Of a DNA stretch of 64,000 nt, positions 42,619 through 52,642 are shown piece by piece. The stretch covers positions 192,001 through 256,000 of the forward strand of contig CAVWIG010000017.1 of assembly GCA_963754945.1 (NCBI GenBank), read 5' to 3'. Made by a program: the position numbers and the translations under genes. The number at the start of each line of letters is the position of its first letter. Position 1 is the stretch's first letter. This DNA comes from Methanotrichaceae archaeon (GTDB lineage Archaea > Halobacteriota > Methanosarcinia > Methanotrichales > Methanotrichaceae). Under the pieces are notes generated by a model, which did no database searches, was not told the origin of the DNA, and saw only the letters and a program-made list of their open reading frames with translations.

Positions 42619-42744
42619 ATGTCTAAACAAGATATTGTTGAGAAGCAACAAAACGAAGCTTATCGCGGACGCGGTAGCAAGTTAGATACAAGCGGGAAAA
42701 AACAGAGTGAACCAGGGAAAAATACTAGCAAAAAGGAAACTTAG
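42619..42744 (+). CDS. Putative 41-aa hydrophilic small protein (not in ORF track)
   Basis: MSKQDIVEKQQNEAYRGRGSKLDTSGKKQSEPGKNTSKKET*; GGGTG RBS; TTTATAA box upstream. Confidence 0.45.
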   Translation: MSKQDIVEKQQNEAYRGRGSKLDTSGKKQSEPGKNTSKKET

Positions 42745-42766
42745 GCTAGTTAGCTGAAAATTGCAC

Positions 42767-43816
42767 ATGGCAGCAAGTGACGTTCCTGATAGTTTTGGCT
42801 TTCCTACGCTCATAAGGATCTTTTTTCCAGGTTTAATCAGTACAATTATTGCGGTTTATGCTTTTTCTTCACTTATTACGGACTATTTTTTAAATATGCA
42901 GCTGCTGGACAAACTAGCAAGCGTAACTATAATTGGATTATTAATCGGCGTGGTTTTAAACTCCTTGGATTTATACATATATCAATTTTTTGAAGGAATA
43001 CGATTTTGGCCAGAGCCGATTTGGTGGTGTTTGTACAAGAGAGAATTGAAGAATTATAAAGCATTAGATTCCGATTTAGAATTAAAAGAGAAAGATCTAG
43101 AATCAAAAATGGGCGAATTGGTCGCAAAGGAAACCGATAATGAAATAAATAAAATCGAAGAGGAAATAAAAAAATTGGATATGGAAATTCTCGATATATC
43201 TAAAAAGATTAGGGAATATCCTTACGATCCTCAAGAAAAATTCCGAAGTAAACGACATCCAGTAGAATGTACAAACCTAGGAAACATACTTGCGGAATAC
43301 GAAAGTTATCCTAAAGAACAATACGGAATGGATTTTGGAGTCTTCTGGTATCATATTTGGCTAACTTTGTCAAAAGAGGTAAGAGAGGAAATTGATATAT
43401 CCGCAGCCAAAGCCGATTTCTTGTTATATCTTTCTTTTATTTTCCTTGTTACTCCATTCCTGATTATTATTAAAACACTTTTTATCAGAGATACGATTTA
43501 TCTGGCCATCAGGGATCTTATACATTTTGATCATTATTTTTTAGATATAGTATTATTTCTAATATTTATGACATCCTTGTCTATCATTATTGCATATTTG
43601 TTTTATAAGATTTCTATCCTGGCTCATAAGAGCTATGGTAGATACATGAAATCAGTATTTGATCTTTATCGAATTGATTTATCAAAGAAAGCAGAAATTC
43701 CGATTACACTCTGCCCTAACAAGGAGGAAAGAGAAATTTGGGAAGAATATGGTAAATTCCTGGCGGATTATAAAGGCCTTCGGCTTCGAGAGTTTCGGAA
43801 AATAATAAAACGATAA
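42767..43816 (+). CDS. Low-GC membrane protein with 4 TM helices and a coiled coil
   Basis: Two TM pairs around a soluble region containing T.LGNIL...ESYP...YGMD....W; clearly AT-rich. Confidence 0.75.
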   Translation: MAASDVPDSFGFPTLIRIFFPGLISTIIAVYAFSSLITDYFLNMQLLDKLASVTIIGLLIGVVLNSLDLYIYQFFEGIRFWPEPIWWCLYKRELKNYKALDSDLELKEKDLESKMGELVAKETDNEINKIEEEIKKLDMEILDISKKIREYPYDPQEKFRSKRHPVECTNLGNILAEYESYPKEQYGMDFGVFWYHIWLTLSKEVREEIDISAAKADFLLYLSFIFLVTPFLIIIKTLFIRDTIYLAIRDLIHFDHYFLDIVLFLIFMTSLSIIIAYLFYKISILAHKSYGRYMKSVFDLYRIDLSKKAEIPITLCPNKEEREIWEEYGKFLADYKGLRLREFRKIIKR

Positions 43817-43943
43817 CGTTCCTACCAGTGGTTTTCCCTTTCACTCGTTATCGCTCTTTAATTTTTGTTCGTGTATTCTTTTGCTCAACACTGATTTATT
43901 ATTGATAAATATATAAGGTAGGTGGCCCCACCTTCAGAGCTTA

Positions 43944-44219
43944 TTAACAGCAGCCTGCGCAGTTACTGCCGCAGCAACTATGGCAGCCGCCTGCAGATCC
44001 ACACCCGCCGAGGGGGCAATGGCTTCCACATGGTGTCGCTGTAGATCCGGCTGCTGAGCACGATCCTCCGCAGCTCGCCCCGCATGTCGATTGCGAACAA
44101 GCTGTGCCCGCGGGGCAGTTACAGTTTCCAGTACATTGCCCCGCTTGTCCAAGAGTCAATCCAATTCCTGCAAACAGCAGGACTATTAATATCAATGCCA
44201 TTTTTCTCAAATCGAACAC
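43944..44219 (-). CDS. Small secreted Cys-rich protein (16 Cys)
   Basis: Signal peptide followed by a roughly 65-aa Cys/Gly/Ser-rich region ending in CC; GC-rich relative to flanks. Confidence 0.75.
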   Translation of the reverse strand: MFDLRKMALILIVLLFAGIGLTLGQAGQCTGNCNCPAGTACSQSTCGASCGGSCSAAGSTATPCGSHCPLGGCGSAGGCHSCCGSNCAGCC

Positions 44220-44631
44220 CCACTTTTTTCTTCTTGAACTGGCTCACAGTTCGAGCACTACGTTGTCCTTGTGGCTTATGGTCATTTGGATTTAGGCAAA
44301 TGTCGTAGTAATTTGGAGGCAAATTAGAGGGCAAATGGGGAATAAAAACGTATATAATTTACGTCTTTGTAGTTATTTGCTTCGATATGCACAAATATCC
44401 GTGCAAGGTCGACATCAGGATGACCGAGCCACAAGAAAAAAATAGGTGCATACGCCGTTTGGAACTTCTGGGATTCGGTCTGAAATTATGCCATCGATGC
44501 CGTATTTTCGCGGGCGACTTCTTGTAGAACGACTGAACAAGTCAGGATCGCAGATAGCTCTTTATACTACGACGATTGCCTTTTATATGGCTATTCACGA
44601 TTGTGAATCGTCGAAAAAGGGAAAGAGGTGA

Positions 44632-45225
44632 GTGGGATTGATCATTACAAGACTGCTTGGAGTATTGGCGGTTATCAGCCTTCTAATGGCTCCTGTCCTT
44701 TCAGAGCAAATTGCAAAGACCTGTACATGCACGTCCATCGGTTGTCCCAGCCCAAAGGTAATGAGCTGTTGCGAGGGTAAACAGGATAGCGCCTGCTTTT
44801 CTCAAGAATGTCACTGCCCAACCCTTGTATCGCCATCCGGCAGCACGGATGTCTATGATCCTGGCTATTCTTACTTTGGGGAGAGCAGTTCACGGACATA
44901 CGGCAGACAGGGTCCGTCGACAGGCAGTTCCGGCTCAGTTGGTGAGAGCAGGTATTCGGGCCCAGCTCCAGACAATTCTAACAATGGGCCGCCGGATCTG
45001 GATGTAGTGGAATATCTTCCGCCCTCCGCAAGGCACGTATTCGATGTCCTGGCAACGAATGGCCCTCTGACACAAAAAGACCTGATCAGCAAGACCGATC
45101 TTCCTCCCAGAACTGTCAGGTACGCCCTGAACAGGCTAAAGGGTGAGGACATCCTCGAAGAACGCTTCTGTTTTCAAGATGCGCGTCAGAGCCTTTACAG
45201 CTTGGCCATGACCGGCCTGAAGTGA
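44632..45225 (+). CDS. Hydrophobic leader + Cys-rich domain + winged-helix (MarR-like) domain
   Basis: N-terminal hydrophobic helix, 8 Cys, S/G linker, then LPPSARHVFDVL...LTQKDL...LPPRTVRYAL.RL...F.FQDARQSLY.L. Confidence 0.8.
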   Translation: MGLIITRLLGVLAVISLLMAPVLSEQIAKTCTCTSIGCPSPKVMSCCEGKQDSACFSQECHCPTLVSPSGSTDVYDPGYSYFGESSSRTYGRQGPSTGSSGSVGESRYSGPAPDNSNNGPPDLDVVEYLPPSARHVFDVLATNGPLTQKDLISKTDLPPRTVRYALNRLKGEDILEERFCFQDARQSLYSLAMTGLK

Positions 45226-45729
45226 AAGATGTGGCTTCCACCGGTCGCCTTTAATTTTTTTTCCCCCATTTCAATTAGGTCTGCAAGCGAGTTCTAAACG
45301 AACCTACACTCAAGCTCAGATGCCGTTGCCGATAGGGGGCCGCAAGCTCTGGAGCGCCAAATTTATTATATTATGTATTTTCTAACGGATGTCCAGATTC
45401 TGGAGAGATGCGGGTGATTTGCAGCTATAAGGACTCAGCTCTATTCGATGATATTCTAGCCCGTTGATTTTTTCCCCCCTATGTGCTCGCTCCTGATGTT
45501 ACTTTTTTGATCTCTTTATGAAAGTGTTAAATATAGGTGCCTCATCATCGAAAAGGACTTGATGAAATTCAAAAGCAATAATAATTATATAAAAAATATT
45601 GGTGATAATAAGGCGAGAATAATTATGTCAAAGCGAAGATAATTATACTATGCAAACAGAATATAGTTAGTTCTGTGAAGGGTAGCAAAGGCAGCGCTTT
45701 GGTTTAAAACCAGTTGGCGAAGAGATCAT

Positions 45730-48700
45730 ATGAAACCAAATGATAAAAATCCAAAAAAAAATAAGGTCGTCAGAGCATCTCCCGCTTCTCCTCAAACGAA
45801 AGTTGCAACCATCGAGACGGGCCGAAAGAAATCATTCTACATTGTGGGAATGGGCGGGTCAGCCGGCTCACTGGAGGCCTTTGAGGAGTTCTTTCACAAC
45901 ATGCCCGCTGATACCGGCATGGCCTATGTTCTCGTGTCCCATCTTGACCCAACTCACAAAGGCATCATGCCGGAGCTGATCCAGCGCGCCACGAAGATGG
46001 AAGTCCAACAGGTTAAGGATGGAATGAAGGTTCAACCGGACCATGTTTACGTGATCCCGCCGAACAAGGATATGTCCATCCTGCACGGAACCCTCCAGTT
46101 ACTTGAGCCCTCCAAGCCCAGGGGAATGCGAACGCCCATCGACTTCTTTTTCAGGAACCTGGCCGTGGACCAGAAAGAGAAGGGCATAGGCATCATCTTC
46201 TCAGGAATGGGAACGGACGGCACCCTGGGACTAAAGGCCATCAAAGAGAAGATGGGCATGGTGATGGTGCAGGATGTGAACTCGGCCAAGTACACCGGCA
46301 TGCCTGAAAGCGCTATCAATACCGGTCGGGCTGATTATATTTCTCCGGCGGGCGAGCTGCCTGCAAAGCTTGTAGGATATGCTCATCACTTTGCCGGGAT
46401 AATCAGAGAAGTGACGCCTTCAGGGGAGATTCGCTCCACGGGGTCCATTCAAAAGATATTCGCCCTTCTCCGGGCTCAAACAGGAAATGACTTTTCCCTC
46501 TACAAGAAGAATACCGTTCGCCGCCGAATTGAAAGGCGGATGAATCTCCATCAAATTAGTAATATAAACAAATACGTTCGCTACCTTCAGGAGAATTCGC
46601 AGGAGATCGATCTGCTCTTCAAAGAGCTTCTGATCGGCGTGACGAGTTTTTTCAGGGAACCTGAAGCATTTGCCATCCTTAAAGACAAGGTCATTCCGGA
46701 GCTGCTTAAGAACAAGATAGGGGGAGAAACCATTCGCGTTTGGGTTGTCGGCTGCTCCACAGGAGAGGAGGCGTATTCCATCGCCATCGTTCTCGGAGAG
46801 TGCCTTGACGATCTTAAGCTGAAGGGCATCAAGGTTCAGATCTATGCGACTGACTTAGATAAAGAGGCCATTGACGTAGCTCGCCAGGGTCGGTACCCGG
46901 AAAACATCGCTGCGGATATATCAGATGAGCGTTTGCAGCGGTTCTTCACGAAAGAGGACGAACACTACAGCATCAAGAAAAATATCCGGGATGAGATCGT
47001 CTTTGCACAGCAGAACATTCTCACCGATCCGCCGTTTACAAAGCTTGACATGCTCAGTTGCCGAAATCTCTTCATTTATCTTAACTCCGAGACGCAGAAG
47101 AAGCTCCTGCCCCTCTTCCATTACACCCTGAATGCAGGAGGCTTCCTCTTCCTCGGATCTTCCGAGACAATAGGAGGCTACGCCGATCTCTTCTCTCCGC
47201 TGGACAACAAATGGAAGGTCTTCAAGCGCAGGGAGACGCTCCTCGCCCGCAAGGGAATGGTCGAATTCCCCGCAACTCGAATGCCCTTTGAAGCACGGAC
47301 TGTGGCCCCCGTCGGCACACAAAAAGAACCTGAGGTCAGCGTCACTGAGACTGCCAAGGCGTTCATCCTTCAGAACATCGCGCCGCCTGTGGTGCTCATC
47401 AATGACAATGGAGATATCCTTTACCTCACCCGGAAAACGGGAAAATACCTGGAACTGCCTGTCGGAAAAGCGAATTTGAACATATATGCCATGGCCCGCG
47501 AGGGTCTACGAATGGAGCTGGGAATCGCCATTCGTAAAGTGATTGCAGACTGGAAGAGCACAACAGTGAAGAATCTCCGGGTCCAGACGAACGGAAACTA
47601 TCAGACAGTTAACCTCACTGTCAGTCCTTTCGAGGAGCCAGAAGCGATGCGCGGCCTATTGATGGTTATGTTTGATGACGTGGAAGTGCCCGCTCTTGAG
47701 GCTCAATCATCATCCAGGAAAAAATCGAGATCTTCTTCCAGGTTGGAGGCAATCAACTCCGATCTGGAGAAGAATCTGCAGTCCACGAAGGAACATCTTC
47801 AGACCGTCATCGAAGAGATGGAGACCTCCCAGGAAGAACTGAAATCAGCGAACGAGGAGCTTCAATCGACCAACGAGGAGCTGCAGAGCACAAACGAGGA
47901 GATGATAACATCCAAAGAGGAGCTGCAATCCCTTAATGAGGAGCTGACAACCCTCAATGCTGAGCTTCAGTCCAAGAATGAAGAGCTCTCCGAGGTCAAC
48001 AACGATATGAAGAACCTCCTCGACAGCACTCAGATTCCTACCATATATCTAGACAACAATCTGTTGATCAAGCGGTTCACACCCTATGCAACCAAGATCG
48101 CCAATCTCATCCAAAGCGACGTAGGTCGTCCGATCACGGACATCGTATCCAACCTCCAGTACGAAGATCTGGTCGAGGATGTGCGTAATGTGCTGCAGAC
48201 GCTGGTGTTCAAGGAAAATTCAGTGCAGACCAAAGACGGGTCCTGGTTCAGGATAAGGATAGTTCCCTATCGAACGGCTGACAACGTCATAGATGGCGTT
48301 GTGATCACCTTCACCGACATCACCGATATCAAGAATATGACGGAACGCCTGGAGGAGCGATCTCTGTATGCAGAGAGCATCGTCCGCACTGTCAGGGAAC
48401 CGATGGTCGTGTTGAACGGCGATCTGAGGGTTGTTTCAGCCAATCCCTCATTCTATCGATCATTCAATGTGACGCCTAAGCATACCGAGGGGCAGCTCCT
48501 CTACGACCTGGGAAACGGGCAGTGGAACATTCCTGACCTTCGTCGGCTTCTTGAGGAGATCCTTCCCAAAGATGCCCAGGTTGAGGACTTTCTCGTCGAG
48601 CATGATTTTCCAGAGGTCGGGCGGCGGAGGATGCTCCTCAATGCCCGAAGGGTAGCGCAAGAGGACGGCCATACACAGCTAATTCTTCTCGCAATAGAAG

Positions 48701-48759
48701 ACATCACGAATCGCAGAGAGTTATCCGAAACTAAAGTTGGTAAGGGCCATGAAGAATAA
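45730..48759 (+). CDS. CheB/CheR fusion with coiled coil and PAS domains
   Basis: GGSAG/HLDP/SGMGTDG methylesterase motifs, VTSFFRE, GCSTGEEAYS, SCRNL.IY, NEELQS repeats and PAS. Confidence 0.93.
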   Translation: MKPNDKNPKKNKVVRASPASPQTKVATIETGRKKSFYIVGMGGSAGSLEAFEEFFHNMPADTGMAYVLVSHLDPTHKGIMPELIQRATKMEVQQVKDGMKVQPDHVYVIPPNKDMSILHGTLQLLEPSKPRGMRTPIDFFFRNLAVDQKEKGIGIIFSGMGTDGTLGLKAIKEKMGMVMVQDVNSAKYTGMPESAINTGRADYISPAGELPAKLVGYAHHFAGIIREVTPSGEIRSTGSIQKIFALLRAQTGNDFSLYKKNTVRRRIERRMNLHQISNINKYVRYLQENSQEIDLLFKELLIGVTSFFREPEAFAILKDKVIPELLKNKIGGETIRVWVVGCSTGEEAYSIAIVLGECLDDLKLKGIKVQIYATDLDKEAIDVARQGRYPENIAADISDERLQRFFTKEDEHYSIKKNIRDEIVFAQQNILTDPPFTKLDMLSCRNLFIYLNSETQKKLLPLFHYTLNAGGFLFLGSSETIGGYADLFSPLDNKWKVFKRRETLLARKGMVEFPATRMPFEARTVAPVGTQKEPEVSVTETAKAFILQNIAPPVVLINDNGDILYLTRKTGKYLELPVGKANLNIYAMAREGLRMELGIAIRKVIADWKSTTVKNLRVQTNGNYQTVNLTVSPFEEPEAMRGLLMVMFDDVEVPALEAQSSSRKKSRSSSRLEAINSDLEKNLQSTKEHLQTVIEEMETSQEELKSANEELQSTNEELQSTNEEMITSKEELQSLNEELTTLNAELQSKNEELSEVNNDMKNLLDSTQIPTIYLDNNLLIKRFTPYATKIANLIQSDVGRPITDIVSNLQYEDLVEDVRNVLQTLVFKENSVQTKDGSWFRIRIVPYRTADNVIDGVVITFTDITDIKNMTERLEERSLYAESIVRTVREPMVVLNGDLRVVSANPSFYRSFNVTPKHTEGQLLYDLGNGQWNIPDLRRLLEEILPKDAQVEDFLVEHDFPEVGRRRMLLNARRVAQEDGHTQLILLAIEDITNRRELSETKVGKGHEE

Positions 48760-50843
48760 GAAAGCTGGATCGAACCTGAGCAACGATTTGCGCCTCCAGG
48801 CGGAGGAGCGTTTGAAGGACAGCGGAAGAGATTCAGTCCGATTCTACGAAAGAAGAAATAGATCACCTTGCTCTGGTTCACGAGCTGCAGGTCCACCAGA
48901 TTGAGCTGGAGATGCAGAATGAAGAGCTGAAGCGCGCCAGGCTGGAGGCCGAGGATGCTCTGATAAAATATTCCGACCTATACGACTTTGCGCCCATCGG
49001 CCTATTCACCATCGATGTGCAGGGACTAGTCCAGGAACTAAACCTGTCAGGAGCGGCGCTCCTTGGCAAAGAGAGGAGCAAACTATTGCACATGCCTTTC
49101 TGGCGGTTTGTTGTACCTAAGTACCGACCCACCTTTGATGATTTCTGCAAAAAAGCGTTCGATACCTGTACCAAGCAAACGTGCGAATTGGAACTCATCG
49201 TGACAGAAGGTGATGCGGCCTATGTCCGCATCGAGGGCATAGTCACTGAAGATCTCCCGCAAAGCAAGGGAATGTGCCGGATCGCAGTCATCGACATAAC
49301 CGAGCGCAAGAGGGCTGAAGAGATGATGATGAAGGCCAAAGAAGCCGCGTTGGATGCTGTCCGCATAAAGTCCGAGTTCCTGGCCAACATGTCCCACGAG
49401 ATAAGAACCCCCATGAACGCAGTGATAGGCATGACGTCCCTTCTTTTGGAAGAAGATCTTACACCGGACCAGAAGGACTATGCCGAGACCATTCGAGGCT
49501 GCGGCGATGCTCTTATGACCGTCATAAACGACATCCTGGACTTCTCCAAGATGGAAAGCGATAAGGTAACCCTCGATGAACAGAAGTTCGACATAAAAGC
49601 CTGCATTGAGGAAGCCCTGGATCTTGTGGCTCATGTCGCTGCCAAGAAGATGTTGAACCTTGCTTACACGATTGACGAAGAAGTCCCGGACTCCATCATC
49701 GGAGATCCCACCAGGTTGCGGCAGATCCTTGTTAACCTGCTTTCCAACGCCGCCAAATTCACCGATAAAGGAGAGATCGAGCTGTCTGTGTCCTTGAATA
49801 AGGAAGACGGTCGTGAGATTCACTTTGCAGTAAGGGACACGGGCATAGGCATCCGCGAGGACAGAATGGAGAGGCTCTTCCAGGCTTTCAGCCAGGTGGA
49901 CGGATCGACCTCTCGCCTGTACGGCGGAACCGGTCTCGGCCTGGCCATCAGCAAAAGGCTGGTCGAGCTTATGGGCGGCAGAATCTGGGCCGAGTCAGAA
50001 CCTGGAATCGGCTCGACCTTCCACTTTACCATCCGGACAGAGGCCGTTTCGAGCGTTCCAAAGGCGCCTCAGGCACCTCAGTTAATCGGCAGGCGAGTTC
50101 TGATAGCCGATGACAATAGGACCAACCGTCTTATTCTGGGACGACAGGTATATTCTTGGGGCATGATGCCCATGGCAGCTTCGTCTGGCCAGGAAGCTCT
50201 CGGCTGGATCCGGAGAGGAGATGAGTTCGACGTCGCCATCCTGGACGTGTCGGAAATGGATGGCCAGGAGCTGGCAAATGAGATACGCAAGTACGACAAA
50301 TCTCTGCCGCTGGTGATATTCACTTCCATCGGCAAACATGTGACCTCAGACATGTTTGCAGCATCTCTTCCCAAGCCGATTCGAACCACCCAGCTCCACG
50401 AAGTCCTTGTCAACGTCTTCGCCGCCAAGCCAGTTAGGGAGCTATATTCGGCTGAGACCGTCAGCAATGAAGCTCAGATAAGCCCTCTGAGAATCCTGCT
50501 CGCCGAGGACAATACATCAAGCCAGAAGGTTGCAACGGCGATGCTCAAACGTCTGGGTTACAGAGTGGATACTGTAGCCGATGGAATAGAAGCCCTGGAA
50601 GCTCTTAAGCGTCAGCACTACGATGTTGTCCTCATGGATGTCAGGATGCCTGAGATGGATGGCCTGGAGGCCACCAGGGCCATTCGCAAGCTATGGCCGG
50701 ACAATGGACCGAAGGTAATAGCAATCACAGCCTACGCCCTCGAAGGCGACAGAGAGTCGTGCATCGAAGCGGGAATGGACGATTACATCCCCAAGCCCGT
50801 GAAGCTGGAGGATCTCAAGGCCGTCCTTGAGCGAAGCCTGTGA
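48749..50843 (+). CDS. Hybrid sensor histidine kinase (PAS-HK-REC-REC) with a +1 frameshift near its 5' end
   Basis: ATG 48749 frame gives LRLQAEERL; the +1 frame gives LVHELQVHQIELEMQNEEL, FLANMSHEIRTPMN, GGTGLGL and two receiver domains. Confidence 0.85.
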
Positions 50844-51087
50844 TATGCAGCTTCAAAATGCGAGCTATTCGACAATGCTCCCAAGCTTTCTGTTGAGGCT
50901 GCTATTGCACAGATCATCTTGAGTGAAGGAGAGTAGAACTCTAGAAGTCGCTAATATATATTATAATCTGAATAATTACTGGTGATTCTGTGACCTCGCG
51001 ATGTCGGTCGATTACAGGATTCAACAAACCATTTGCCGCTACCGGCAAATATTAGTCTACCCTTTTCTATTAAGAAGTGCATAGAGT

Positions 51088-51158
51088 GCCGGGGTGACTG
51101 ACCGGTTAAGTGCGCGGCTGCAGACCGCGAGAATTGGGTTCGACTCCCAACCCCGGCC
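51088..51158 (+). tRNA. tRNA-Cys(GCA)-like cloverleaf with atypical C73, abutting cysS
   Basis: Acceptor GCCGGGG/CCCCGGC, D stem ACT/AGT, anticodon stem CGCGG/CCGCG with loop CT-GCA-GA, T arm TTGGG-TTCGACT-CCCAA. Followed by C, T, then ATG. Confidence 0.85.
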
Positions 51159-51159
51159 T

Positions 51160-52617
51160 ATGATTATCTACAACACCATGAGCGGCAAGAAAGAGCCGTT
51201 TCAGCCAATTCACAAGAATCGCGTCAACATATTCGTCTGCGGACCAACTGTTTACGACAACTCTCACATCGGACACGCCAGGACCTACATAGCATTCGAT
51301 GTCGTCGCTCGCTACCTCAAGTACAAGGGCTTTTCCGTGTTTTATCTTCAGAACATCACCGATGTTGACGATAAGATCATACAGAGGGCTTCGGAGCTAG
51401 GCATTGAGCCGGACGCTTTGGCGCGCAAGTTTGAGCGAAGGTACTTGGAGGATATGCAGGCGTTGGGCGTGACAAATGTCAACCTCTACGCCAGGGCGAC
51501 AGAGCACATTCCCGAGATCATCAGCCAGATTGAGCGGCTCGTGGAGTTGGGTTTTGCTTACGAGACGGAGACTGGTGTTTACTTCGACGAATCTAGATTC
51601 GAGGACTTCGGGAAGCTGTCGCATCAGACTTTTGAGGAGGTTGCGCGCCACAGGATAGAGCCCGATCCGACCAAGAGGAACCCGGGAGATTTCTCTTTAT
51701 GGAAGAAACGGGAAGACGGGGCTAAGGTAACCTGGGATTCGTCTTGGGGAAGAGGACGACCAGGATGGCACATCGAGGACACGGCCATCACGGAGACCTA
51801 TTTCGGACCTCAGTACGATATCCATGGCGGAGCAATGGACCTAATATTCCCCCACCACGAGGCAGAGATCGCTCAGATGGAGGCGACGTCAGGAAAAAAG
51901 CCACTGGTTAGGGCTTGGATGCACACCGGCTTTCTCAACGTCAAGGGCGAGAAGATGTCTAAGTCCCTGGGAAATTTCATGACCATAAGGGAAATGCTGG
52001 AGAGATGCGATGCCGAAGCTTTCAGATTGTTCGTCCTCCTTGCTCACTACCGATCACCAATTGATTTTTCCGAAGAGGTGCTGGAGCAGTCTCGAAAGAG
52101 CCTTGAAAGAATTCGCCATCTGATCAAGGTCATCGAAGAACAATTAGAAACGCCCGGCGAGATCTCGGAAAGCGAAGGTGTCGACCCAATACTGATCAAG
52201 GCAAGAGCTGAGTTCTTGGATGCGATGGACGATGATTTCAATACGCCTTACGCGCTTCGAACCGTATTCGACCTGGTGAGGGATATAAACCGCAGAATAA
52301 ACGAAAAAAACGTATCGAAGGAGACTTTAAAGGATACGAAACTGCTGCTGGAGGAGTTCGGCAGGGTCTTCGGAATCAGCTTTTCTTCCGGGTCAGAAAA
52401 ATCCATAGGAAAAGAAGAAGACATGGCTCGCGACCTGATCGAGCTGCTTATCGAAATAAGGCAGAAGCTCCGCGAAAAAAAGGACTGGCAGCTCGCCGAT
52501 GAGATACGTAACAGGATGAAGGAATTGAACGTCGTGTTGGAGGATGCCGAAGGAGGTGGCAAATATACACTTCGAGGAGAGAATTGCCTTAATCGCAAAA
52601 CTTATAACCTTCAATAA
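51160..52617 (+). CDS. cysS: Cysteine--tRNA ligase
   Basis: MIIYNTMSGKKE, CGPTVY, HIGH, NITDVDDKII, GRPGWHIE, FPHHEAE and KMSKS. True start is ATG 51160; the track start 51094 lies inside the tRNA. Confidence 0.96.
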   Translation: MIIYNTMSGKKEPFQPIHKNRVNIFVCGPTVYDNSHIGHARTYIAFDVVARYLKYKGFSVFYLQNITDVDDKIIQRASELGIEPDALARKFERRYLEDMQALGVTNVNLYARATEHIPEIISQIERLVELGFAYETETGVYFDESRFEDFGKLSHQTFEEVARHRIEPDPTKRNPGDFSLWKKREDGAKVTWDSSWGRGRPGWHIEDTAITETYFGPQYDIHGGAMDLIFPHHEAEIAQMEATSGKKPLVRAWMHTGFLNVKGEKMSKSLGNFMTIREMLERCDAEAFRLFVLLAHYRSPIDFSEEVLEQSRKSLERIRHLIKVIEEQLETPGEISESEGVDPILIKARAEFLDAMDDDFNTPYALRTVFDLVRDINRRINEKNVSKETLKDTKLLLEEFGRVFGISFSSGSEKSIGKEEDMARDLIELLIEIRQKLREKKDWQLADEIRNRMKELNVVLEDAEGGGKYTLRGENCLNRKTYNLQ

Positions 52618-52642
52618 CAAGTGTTAATTCGGTGAGCTTAAA

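Noticed and set aside
51094-51159. N-terminal extension of CysRS from GTG 51094
   Set aside because: It overlaps the tRNA-like cloverleaf; MIIYNT at 51160 is the family-typical start.
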